From Bdellovibrionota bacterium FG-2 (lineage in GTDB: Bacteria; Bdellovibrionota; UBA1018), in contig JBBCAV010000325.1 in NCBI GenBank assembly GCA_051382305.1, positions 1 through 18,870 of the forward strand: 18,870 nt of DNA, given 5' to 3'. The position numbers were made by a program, and so were the translations under genes. Below, one piece after another: positions 8,694 to 16,805 of this stretch. A model generated the notes under the pieces. It searched no databases. It had not been told where the DNA came from and worked only from the letters and a program-made list of their open reading frames with translations. The number at the start of each line of letters is the position of its first letter. Within the stretch, counting starts at the first letter, position 1.

Positions 8694-8769
8694 CAGGTGT
8701 TGTTTTTTTATCACATGTTTTAACTTTGTCGTTGCAATATTTTAAGCGTCAAATAATATAACATCAATT

Positions 8770-10488
8770 ATGATTGATAAGACTTTTTTCACGCATCCTA
8801 AGTTCGATTGGCAAAGGCGGTATGAGACATTACGCGCCACTATTGTAGAGAGAATGCCAGCCAAGGTGGTGGCTGACCGTTTTGGATACCAGGCAAGCTA
8901 TGTTCGCCTGCTCAAGCATCAGTTCAAACGCGGTCTTGTGGATTTTTCAGAACCCGTATCTGAGGAGAAGGCCAAAAGGCGCGGCGTTTCATCTGCCATT
9001 CGCCAGAAGATTCGCGAATGGCGCGAACAAAGCCTGTCGGCCGGGCAGATTGTCGAACTACTGTCGGAAGATGGCCTGGAAATCTCTGTGCGAACCGTCG
9101 AGCGCGTGATCGTTGAAGAGGGATTTCCCAAGCTGCCCAGGCGCACTCGTTTGAAGATCGGGATAACCGTAACTGGCGCTAAGATCCCGGATCGGTCTGA
9201 ACCCATTTCGATCCGGGATCTTCACGGGCAGAGCTTTGAGTCTCCGGGAGCTGGGGTGTTCCTCTTTGCGCCTTTCCTGGCTCAATTGAATCTGGATCAA
9301 ATAATTAAAGAGTCCCTTCTCCCCGGCACAAAGGTGCTCTCTGCCAAAAGCTACCTCTTGTCTTTCCTGTCTTTGAAATTGCTTGGCAATGAGCGATATG
9401 CGCACGTCGGAGATCACTCATTTGATCCAGGTACTGGTTTATATGTGGGCCTCAACGCCCTACCCAAGTGCACAGCCATGTCCACCTATTCGTATTCACT
9501 CGACACCGAACAAATTACGGCTCTTCAGCGGGCGTTCGTCTCGCAAGCTTCCCGGCTGCGTCTTTACGATGGCAAGCTTGTGAATCTAGACTTTCAGACC
9601 ATTCCCCATTACGGCGACGAGTCTGTGCTCGAAAAGCATTGGGCTGGCGCTCGGGGCAAAGTCATGAAGGGCGCCCTCACCCTGTTCGCGCAGGACGCCG
9701 GCTCCAAGCTTCTGCTCTATACTCCGGCCGACATCATGCGCGATGAGGCCGATGATCAGGTGCTGGAGTTTCTTTCGTTTTGGAAAAGCATTCATCGCGG
9801 CGTTTTGCCAACTTTCGTGTTTGATTCGCGCTTTACCACCTATCCACATCTATCCAAGCTCAATGCCCGCGGGGTCAAGTTCCTTACTCTGCGGCGGCGG
9901 GGAACCAAGCTTCTACGCGATACTGCCAAGATCGAGGACTGGAAACGTATTCAAATCCCCCATGACAAACGCAAGTTCCCAAACCCGCTTGTTCACGAGT
10001 CGATGATCTCGCTGCGAGGATACGAGGGACAGGTCAGGCAAGTGATCATGAAAGGAAATGGTCACGAAAAACCGGCCTTTATCATCGGCTACGATCTAAA
10101 CTCACCTGTCGAGTCAATCGTAGGAAACTATGCCCGCAGGTGGCGAGTGGAGAACGGCATCGCCGAAGCCGTAAAATTTTTCCACCTGAACTCCCTGTCC
10201 TCGCCAATCCTCACCAAAGTACACTTTGACATCGTGATGACCGCTATGGCCGATACACTTTACAGCATGCTTGCCAAAAAACTTCGCGGGTTCGAGGACT
10301 GCGACGCCCCAAAAATCTACCGTAACTTCGTGCGCGGAAAGGCAACGGTCTCCATCCAGGGCAACGAAGTTACGGTGACCTATCCTCACAAGGCGCATAA
10401 TCCAATCTTGAGAACAGTGCCATGGGGCAGGTTTCCGGCTACTATTCCTGGCTGCGAGGGAGCAAAACTGGTCTTGGAATTCAAGTAG
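8770..10488 (+). CDS. DDE transposase with N-terminal HTH domains
   Basis: HTH-like segments (KVVADRFGYQASYVR; SAGQIVELLSEDGLEISVRTVERV); DDE candidates VNLDFQ, VFDSRF and YARRWRVEN (IS4-like Y-2-R-3-E signature); bounded by TIRs. Confidence 0.92.
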   Translation: MIDKTFFTHPKFDWQRRYETLRATIVERMPAKVVADRFGYQASYVRLLKHQFKRGLVDFSEPVSEEKAKRRGVSSAIRQKIREWREQSLSAGQIVELLSEDGLEISVRTVERVIVEEGFPKLPRRTRLKIGITVTGAKIPDRSEPISIRDLHGQSFESPGAGVFLFAPFLAQLNLDQIIKESLLPGTKVLSAKSYLLSFLSLKLLGNERYAHVGDHSFDPGTGLYVGLNALPKCTAMSTYSYSLDTEQITALQRAFVSQASRLRLYDGKLVNLDFQTIPHYGDESVLEKHWAGARGKVMKGALTLFAQDAGSKLLLYTPADIMRDEADDQVLEFLSFWKSIHRGVLPTFVFDSRFTTYPHLSKLNARGVKFLTLRRRGTKLLRDTAKIEDWKRIQIPHDKRKFPNPLVHESMISLRGYEGQVRQVIMKGNGHEKPAFIIGYDLNSPVESIVGNYARRWRVENGIAEAVKFFHLNSLSSPILTKVHFDIVMTAMADTLYSMLAKKLRGFEDCDAPKIYRNFVRGKATVSIQGNEVTVTYPHKAHNPILRTVPWGRFPATIPGCEGAKLVLEFK

Positions 10489-10545
10489 CCTGCGCCATGG
10501 ATCGCCCAAAAAAAGTGGCGGTTAAGCCGACGCGAAAATCGGTGT

Positions 10546-13500
10546 TTAATGAAACCACCTGCCCCGTGGCAGCTCAGGCTCTTGCTCCCCCCCGAATTCG
10601 ATCGTACGCAGCGAATTCACGAGCACACCGATCGTGTTTCGATCCCGCTGAACCTTGCCCGCTACCACGATAAATGGGGAATTTAAAAACACCTCCCCAA
10701 AGCGCTCAAACACCTCAGGCTTGAGAATTAGATCCACAAAGCCCTCTTCGTCTTCTAATGTCGCAAACACGCACCCACCGGCTGTCGGCGGCCGTTGGCG
10801 AACAATGACCATTCCGGCGACCTGAATTGGATCTCCATGCCTACGCTCTTTAAGGCTTGCACTTTTTTGTAAAGGCAGCCGCCCCACTGCGATCTCACGC
10901 ACAATCTGAAGCGGGTGTCCTTTGAGGGACAAACCAAAAGATCGAAACTCCTGCTGAATGGATTGCGCACGACCGAGTTCAGAAAAAACAGGCCCACCAT
11001 TTGAAGGCTGCCCAAAGAACTGAAACAAACTCGCCTGCCCCCCCTCCCCTTCTCGCACCAGCAACCGATGTGCTAAAACCTCCCAAAGCGCGTCGCGCTG
11101 GCTAAGTTTGAAACTTGAAAATACGTCCCCCATCGCAAGCGAAAACAAAACCGATGGCGACAAATGCGTGCGACTTAGAAAATCAATCAAACCCTTAAAC
11201 GGCCGCTCCACGCGCGCCTGTAACCACTGCTCTGCCGCTGCTTTGCCTAAACCATGCACGACCTTTAGCCCCAGGCGCAAAGCACCTCCCTCTAACGTGC
11301 AATCCCAACCCGAGTGCTGCGGATCCACGGGGAGCACTCGCACCCCATGGCGTTTAGCATCTTCAATCAGCGTGTGATTCGAATAAAACCCCATGGGCTG
11401 CGAGTTTAGAAGTGAGCACGTAAATTCGGCCGGATAATGGCATTTCAAATAAGAAGACGCATACGCAATCAGCGCAAACGACGCCGCATGCGACTCCGGA
11501 AATCCATATTCAGCGAAGCCCTGAATTTGGAGGAAAATACGGTCGACAAATTCCTGAGGCAACCCTTCTTTTAAAAGTCCTGCCACCAATTTTCGCGCCA
11601 TCTTCTCGGCCAAGGCTTGGGGCGAACCACTGGAGCGCCCCCCCCGCAAGGCCCGCCTCAGCTCATCGGCTTCGCCTGCAGTAAAACCACCAAGCGCGAT
11701 GGCAATCTTCATCACTTGTTCTTGAAAAAGCGGTACCCCAATGGTACGCCCCAAAATCTCTTTGAGTTTTGGATGCGGCCAAGTCACAGGCTCCATTCCC
11801 CATCGGCGCTTAAGAAACGGATGCACCATTTTCCCCACAATGGGGCCGGGGCGAACAATGGCGACTTCGATGACGAGGTCATAAAAATTTCGCGGCAATA
11901 AGCGTCCGAGCATACTCATCTGTGCTCGCGATTCGATTTGAAACACGCCGATGGTGTCTGCCTTTTGAATCATGGCGTACGTTTTGGGATCATCAGGAGG
12001 GATCGTCGCTATTGTGAGTTCCTCGCGCACACGCACGAGATCAAATGTTTTGCGAAGCGCCGAGAGCATTCCAAGGGCTAAGATATCGACCTTGAGAAGT
12101 CCTGCAATCGCGAGATCTTCTTTATCCCACTGAACAATCGTGCGCCCTTCCATCCGCGCAGGCTCAATCGGCACGGTTTCTATCAATGGATCAGCCGAAA
12201 GTGTAAAGCCACCCGAGTGAATGGAGAGATGTCGGGGGAGCCCGCGAATCTGCTCGATCCAAGGATCTAGAGGATCAAGAGCTTCGGGAGTTTCAGGCGC
12301 CCCCAGCCCCAGCTTCTCCAAATCTCGTCGTGCCGAGCGCGAGCGATAGGTGATGACGGCAGAAACCATTCCGGCTCTGTCGCGGCCGTATTTTTCATAG
12401 ATGTGCTGAATCACTTCTTCGCGGCGTTCGTGTTCGAAGTCGACATCAATATCGGGAGGCTCCCCACGTTCTGCCGAAATAAATCGCTCAAAAAGCAGAT
12501 TCATCCGCACGGGATCAATGGCCGTAATCTCTAGGCAAAAACAAACGGCGGAGTTTGCGGCACTCCCCCTCCCCTGACATAAAATCCCGCGCCCGCGCGC
12601 AAATTCGACAATCTCCCAAATCGTTAAAAAATAATCGGCAAACGTGAGTTGCTCAATCAAGCTCAGTTCATGCTTAAGCTGCTTTTCGACCGCGGTTGGA
12701 ATTCCTCGCGGATAGCGCTCTGGGGGATATCTCCTTCGCGCCCCCTCCCACGTCAAACGCGTGAGATAAGCCTGCGCGGTCTCGCCCTTGGGGATCCACT
12801 CGGAGGGATAGCGATAGCGCAACTCTTTGACTGAAAATGTACATCGCTCGGCGACTTCTAGGGTTTGATAAAGGTACTCGGGGTGTCCCGAAAAAAGTGC
12901 CTGCATCTGCGCGGGCGATTTTAAATACCGCTCGCCATTAGAGGACAATCGAAACCCCGCATCCTTAAGCGGCACGCCCTCTCGAATGCAGCTCAACACG
13001 TCCGCAAGCTGCCTCCTTTCAGGCGAGGCGTAGCACACTCGATTCGTCGCAACCAGCGGAGCGCCCGTGTGTTTCAGCAATGCCTGCGCAGCCAAGAAGC
13101 GTTTCGCGTCCCAGCCATCTAAAAATCGTGAGATCGGAAGCTTCATGCGGTCTTGAAACAATTCGGAAAGGACGCCATAGAATTCCAAGTTTCGCTCCCA
13201 CTCATGGAGCGGAATCTCCGGAATCACCAGCAGTCCCTGCGCACACGCCAATTGACCTTGGAGCTCTGGCCGCGGAGTGCGGTATGTTTCCATGAATTCA
13301 CAAAACTCACCCATCGTGAGCCACGATTCGCCCTTCGGCCGATCTTCGTGCGCTTTGGTGAGCATCCGACAAAGCAGCGCGTACCCTTCGCGATTCAGCG
13401 CGAGAAGATTCAACGACGGGTGATCCTTAATGGGGAGTTCCGCGCCAGAAATTAATTTCAAGCTAGAAGAATTTGGCGCCAAATTTTGAAAAGCATAATA

Positions 13501-13683
13501 CGCCTTCGGAAGCCCATACACACCGCCTCGGTCCGTCAGCGCAATCGCAGACAACCCAAGCTGCGCGGCACGCTCCACCAATTCTTGCGGCTGAGAAGCA
13601 GCTCTGAGAAATGAATAACTGCTTTGCGCGCAAAGCTCTGCGTAGCTAATCCCTGAGCTAGTCCCACTAGTCGAAGAAGCCAT
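10546..13683 (-). CDS. dnaE2: Error-prone DNA polymerase DnaE2 (ImuC)
   Basis: GRGSAANS, PPDIDVDFEHERREEV, LKVDILALGML, YGFPESHAASFA, VRQRPPTA and C-terminal RWFH (SRDFH-like). Start moved to ATG 13683, overlapping the imuB end. Confidence 0.97.
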   Translation of the reverse strand: MASSTSGTSSGISYAELCAQSSYSFLRAASQPQELVERAAQLGLSAIALTDRGGVYGLPKAYYAFQNLAPNSSSLKLISGAELPIKDHPSLNLLALNREGYALLCRMLTKAHEDRPKGESWLTMGEFCEFMETYRTPRPELQGQLACAQGLLVIPEIPLHEWERNLEFYGVLSELFQDRMKLPISRFLDGWDAKRFLAAQALLKHTGAPLVATNRVCYASPERRQLADVLSCIREGVPLKDAGFRLSSNGERYLKSPAQMQALFSGHPEYLYQTLEVAERCTFSVKELRYRYPSEWIPKGETAQAYLTRLTWEGARRRYPPERYPRGIPTAVEKQLKHELSLIEQLTFADYFLTIWEIVEFARGRGILCQGRGSAANSAVCFCLEITAIDPVRMNLLFERFISAERGEPPDIDVDFEHERREEVIQHIYEKYGRDRAGMVSAVITYRSRSARRDLEKLGLGAPETPEALDPLDPWIEQIRGLPRHLSIHSGGFTLSADPLIETVPIEPARMEGRTIVQWDKEDLAIAGLLKVDILALGMLSALRKTFDLVRVREELTIATIPPDDPKTYAMIQKADTIGVFQIESRAQMSMLGRLLPRNFYDLVIEVAIVRPGPIVGKMVHPFLKRRWGMEPVTWPHPKLKEILGRTIGVPLFQEQVMKIAIALGGFTAGEADELRRALRGGRSSGSPQALAEKMARKLVAGLLKEGLPQEFVDRIFLQIQGFAEYGFPESHAASFALIAYASSYLKCHYPAEFTCSLLNSQPMGFYSNHTLIEDAKRHGVRVLPVDPQHSGWDCTLEGGALRLGLKVVHGLGKAAAEQWLQARVERPFKGLIDFLSRTHLSPSVLFSLAMGDVFSSFKLSQRDALWEVLAHRLLVREGEGGQASLFQFFGQPSNGGPVFSELGRAQSIQQEFRSFGLSLKGHPLQIVREIAVGRLPLQKSASLKERRHGDPIQVAGMVIVRQRPPTAGGCVFATLEDEEGFVDLILKPEVFERFGEVFLNSPFIVVAGKVQRDRNTIGVLVNSLRTIEFGGEQEPELPRGRWFH

Positions 13684-15100
13684 GCAGATAAACCTTTGTT
13701 GAAACGGAAGCCGTGCTTTGCGCTTCGCCATTTAAATGAAACACCCAGAGCCATTCTCCACTTTGAGTTTTGATGCGGTAATAATCGCGATCGCCCCCTA
13801 TGGGAGAGCGCTCCCACCACTGCGCAGAAATCCGCTCCGGTCCCTCCCAACTAAGCACCCGCCAGATGGGAGAGCGTTTTTGAAACACGCCCTGATGAGA
13901 CGCCTGATCCCAAAGTTCTAGAAGTGGACCTCTTCTTCGCAGGGCACACGGCTCTGCAAGCATTCGCAAAGGGCGCTCGGGCCAGGGCCGCGCGACCGCA
14001 GTCGTGCCACCAGGCACGCATCCTGGAACGCCCCAGGTTTTTATTTGCGCTCCATTGAGCGCAGCCGTTTGCCGAGCCCAGGTTTTCTCAGGCAAAAAAC
14101 TTGGGGTTAACACCGGGACAAACACGCGCCCCAACCCAAGCCTTGCGGTCAACCGACTTACAAGATCATCCCACGCCTCAGCTTGCTCTTCTTTTTGGCT
14201 GAAAAGATCTCGCTGAGCCCCCGCCCCAGGCACCGTCTCTAGAACACTAAGCTTCACCCCTCGAATGAGATCATCCAAAGGATTGCGAGTGACCTCTGAA
14301 GAAAGTTTTTCCCGCAACACCAGCATGCAAACGGGCGCACTGCCTTGAGCTAGCGGAAAACGCACCTCAACGCTTCTCGATTTATTTCGAAGATCTAACT
14401 CCACGCAAAGAGCGGCTACCTTTTCAGCTCGCCCACGCACGCGTGAAAAAAGCTGCTCCAGCATTGCTTTTAAAACAAAGAACACAGGCTCCAAAACATC
14501 GACTTCTTCGGGCAGCTCCTGACTCTCGAAAATGGAGCGTGATACTTCATAGCGCGGCCAAGCCAAGGCGCAAGTGCCTCCGTTTAAAATCGTTTGAACT
14601 TGCGCACAAATTGAAGCCGTTTTTTTTCCAAACCGCGATACGAGCGCTTGCCCGGGCAAACGCGCCAAATCCGCAAGTGTCTTTATGCCAAAGGCGGCAA
14701 GCAGATTTTGGGAGGTCAGGAGTTCCTTGCGTGTTTCTTCATCGGAGCGAAAGGGGCTGATAAAATCGGTGAGCGTGGCAAGGGGAAATTCCTGTAAATA
14801 TTTTGATTGTCCGGGCAACCGCGCGTGCGTTTTCGCACGCACAAGCGCCAGCGCCGGATCATGAGCCCAGGCCATCTGAATCGCGACGCCAAAACGTCCT
14901 GCCATGATCCGCACCCGCTCTTCAATCGTCTTGGCACTATAGAGCTTCTCACAACCCTTCAAATCTAAAAACACCGCCTCCGGTGGATCACGCAGCGCAA
15001 GTTTGGGTGTGAAACGAAAACACGATTCCGTAAAAGCATGCACGGCCTTTGAATCAGGCGCGCTTGTGATTAAAACGCAGAGGATTTGCTGAGCTGACAT
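13667..15100 (-). CDS. imuB: ImuB, Y-family polymerase-like accessory protein
   Basis: RFTP...VFLDLKGC, GIKTLADLARLP...RFG, clamp-like QRDLF, ImuB-C motifs EGPERI..QWW, RDYYR, LWVF and LHGFFD; lies between imuA and dnaE2. Confidence 0.9.
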   Translation of the reverse strand: MSAQQILCVLITSAPDSKAVHAFTESCFRFTPKLALRDPPEAVFLDLKGCEKLYSAKTIEERVRIMAGRFGVAIQMAWAHDPALALVRAKTHARLPGQSKYLQEFPLATLTDFISPFRSDEETRKELLTSQNLLAAFGIKTLADLARLPGQALVSRFGKKTASICAQVQTILNGGTCALAWPRYEVSRSIFESQELPEEVDVLEPVFFVLKAMLEQLFSRVRGRAEKVAALCVELDLRNKSRSVEVRFPLAQGSAPVCMLVLREKLSSEVTRNPLDDLIRGVKLSVLETVPGAGAQRDLFSQKEEQAEAWDDLVSRLTARLGLGRVFVPVLTPSFLPEKTWARQTAALNGAQIKTWGVPGCVPGGTTAVARPWPERPLRMLAEPCALRRRGPLLELWDQASHQGVFQKRSPIWRVLSWEGPERISAQWWERSPIGGDRDYYRIKTQSGEWLWVFHLNGEAQSTASVSTKVYLHGFFD

Positions 15101-15753
15101 GCTCGACCTCGATGTCTTAAAACGGTGATTTTAGGAATTCCATCCGCACCCTCACGAGAAACCTCAAGCTGCACCGAAATCGGCCACGTTCCATGAGACT
15201 GACCCACACGCACATATTCTTTTAAGAAGATCACGCACACGCCGGACTTCTCCGCGGCCAATTGCAAACGCCGCAACTCAAGATCCGACGCCACGAGCTC
15301 CGTTTGCAGACCACACACGAGGACGCCGAAAACTTGGCTCGCTAAGATCTGATGGCAAACCCACAACAGCTGGGTACCAGAAGCATTACGAGAAGAGTTG
15401 CGAGAATTGGAACCGGAGGTAGGAGAGCATTCCACAAAAAGAATTCGATCAAGCCCCACGCCTTGATTCCAAAACGCGAGCGGGTAAGCCGTGAGTTCAG
15501 ACTCCACCCACGCGACTTTGAGTGCGGGGTGCTCCGCCATAAAACGCGCAAGGGTTTGAGTTTTTCCACCGCCAGGGGAGCCACAGATTTCAACTAAGCC
15601 TCCCTTAGGCAGACCGCGAGAAGCAAACTCGGGCGGGAGCAAGGAGAACGAATGCGATTCAGAGCCGTGCCCGAAGGCACGCCCGGAGGTGCGAAACTCA
15701 AGGGCCAAGCGTTCCTTTATGTCGGTGAGAGTGGGGGGTAAAATATTTTGCAT
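15070..15753 (-). CDS. imuA: ImuA, RecA-like mutagenesis protein
   Basis: GLPKGGLVEICGSPGGGKT, GVGLDRILFV, LRRLQLAAEKSG. Start moved to ATG 15753 so it does not overlap lexA. Confidence 0.88.
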   Translation of the reverse strand: MQNILPPTLTDIKERLALEFRTSGRAFGHGSESHSFSLLPPEFASRGLPKGGLVEICGSPGGGKTQTLARFMAEHPALKVAWVESELTAYPLAFWNQGVGLDRILFVECSPTSGSNSRNSSRNASGTQLLWVCHQILASQVFGVLVCGLQTELVASDLELRRLQLAAEKSGVCVIFLKEYVRVGQSHGTWPISVQLEVSREGADGIPKITVLRHRGRACQLSKSSAF

Positions 15754-15781
15754 AAACTGCTTGCGCGTCCTTCTAGATTCC

Positions 15782-15803
15782 AGTATACCATACATATGTA
15801 TGG
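15782..15803. promoter_or_regulatory. Candidate LexA operator CCATACATATGTATGG plus extended -10 (TGgTATACT, minus strand) for imuA
   Basis: Perfect 16-bp palindrome at 15788-15803 overlapping the lexA ATG (15800). Minus-strand TGGTATACT occupies 15782-15790. Confidence 0.72.
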
Positions 15804-16456
15804 GCACCAGTGATTCGGATAATTTAAATGGGCTTTCACAAGGCCTATCGGAGACTCAACGCAAGATCCTCTCCTTTATAGAGGAGGCTTTGTCGCTCCA
15901 AGGCACGCCTCCCACGTACCGCGAAATAGCGAGTCATTTTGGCTATAGCGCGGTGGGGACGGTGCAGGATCACGTACGCGCTTTACTTAGAAAAGGTTTC
16001 CTCCGCACAACACCTGGACGGGCGCGGGGCCTGACTCTTTCGCATCGAATGGAATCGCTCGACATTCCGGTGCTAGGAGCAGTCCCCGCGGGCCGACCAA
16101 TTGAGGCCATTGAAGACAGGCGCGGATCGCTTAGCTTCTCGCTATCAAGTGCAGGACTCAGTCCCAAGTCTCAGGCGTCTGCCGAGATCTACGCGCTCAG
16201 AGTAAAAGGCGAGAGCATGCGGGACGCCGGAATTTTAGACGGCGATTTTGTCATTGTTCGCAAACAACATCACGCTGAAAACGGCCAAATCATTATCGCC
16301 CTTATTGAAGGCGAAGCCACCGTTAAATTTATCGAGAAACGCTCCAATCGCATCCGACTCCTCCCCGCAAACCCTGCCTTCTCCCCGATTGAAGTTCCGG
16401 TAGATGCCGAAAATTTGGTGCAGGGGAAAGTTATTGGGGTGCAGCGGTTTTATTGA
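15800..16456 (+). CDS. lexA: SOS transcriptional repressor LexA
   Basis: wHTH (LSETQRKIL..PPTYREIA..TVQDHVRALLRKG..RARGL), Ala-Gly cleavage site VPAG, catalytic Ser in GESM and Lys in EATVK. Start set at ATG 15800. Confidence 0.97.
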   Translation: MGTSDSDNLNGLSQGLSETQRKILSFIEEALSLQGTPPTYREIASHFGYSAVGTVQDHVRALLRKGFLRTTPGRARGLTLSHRMESLDIPVLGAVPAGRPIEAIEDRRGSLSFSLSSAGLSPKSQASAEIYALRVKGESMRDAGILDGDFVIVRKQHHAENGQIIIALIEGEATVKFIEKRSNRIRLLPANPAFSPIEVPVDAENLVQGKVIGVQRFY

Positions 16457-16765
16457 GAGTTACTTGGGCACACATTAATCATTCCAAGAAAACACTGTGT
16501 TGGATTACTTGATGCCGATAAAGAATCTTTGGCCTCAATCATGGATGCGGTTAAGCGCTTAGGTTTAGCTTATGAAAAGAAAATAGGATCCACGGGCTTC
16601 AATTTGATGGCCGCAAGTGGTACGGACGCCCAACAATCCGTTCCGCATCTTCATTTTCATTTAATGCCACGATTCAAAGACGACGGTCTGGATACTTGGC
16701 CAACACTTCCTAAATTCGCCTGTAACCCTGACGAAATGTACAGTTTATTGAAAATCAGTGAATAG
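16457..16765 (+). pseudogene. 5'-truncated HIT family hydrolase
   Basis: The frame after the lexA TGA reads ELLGHTLIIPRKH...AQQSVPHLHFHLMPR (histidine triad). The usual N-terminal segment and any start codon before GHTL are absent. Confidence 0.8.
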
Positions 16766-16805
16766 CTCCCAATGAAAAGATCGATGCGAGCAGTCAATGA
16801 TGCGA

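Larger units (their letters stand above)
8461..10545 (+). mobile_element. Complete insertion sequence, 2,085 bp, with 16-bp perfect TIRs and flanking TTA
   Basis: ACACCGATTTTCGCGT (8461-8476) and ACGCGAAAATCGGTGT (10530-10545); TTA at 8458-8460 and 10546-10548; one transposase ORF inside. Confidence 0.93.

Noticed and set aside
10114-10673. ORFs across the IS right end
   Set aside because: They overlap the transposase or span the IS-dnaE2 junction and have no recognisable features.
15382-15405. Imperfect 12-nt tandem in imuA (SRNS-SRNA)
   Set aside because: Only two degenerate in-frame units, probably a loop duplication.
15689-15807. Tracked overlapping starts of lexA (15689) and imuA (15807)
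   Set aside because: They would overlap head-to-head by 119 nt, and the extensions lack family similarity.
16454-16456. Alternative genetic code with TGA as sense
   Set aside because: lepA and lexA end at their expected positions with TGA, and Trp-containing motifs translate normally under the standard code.
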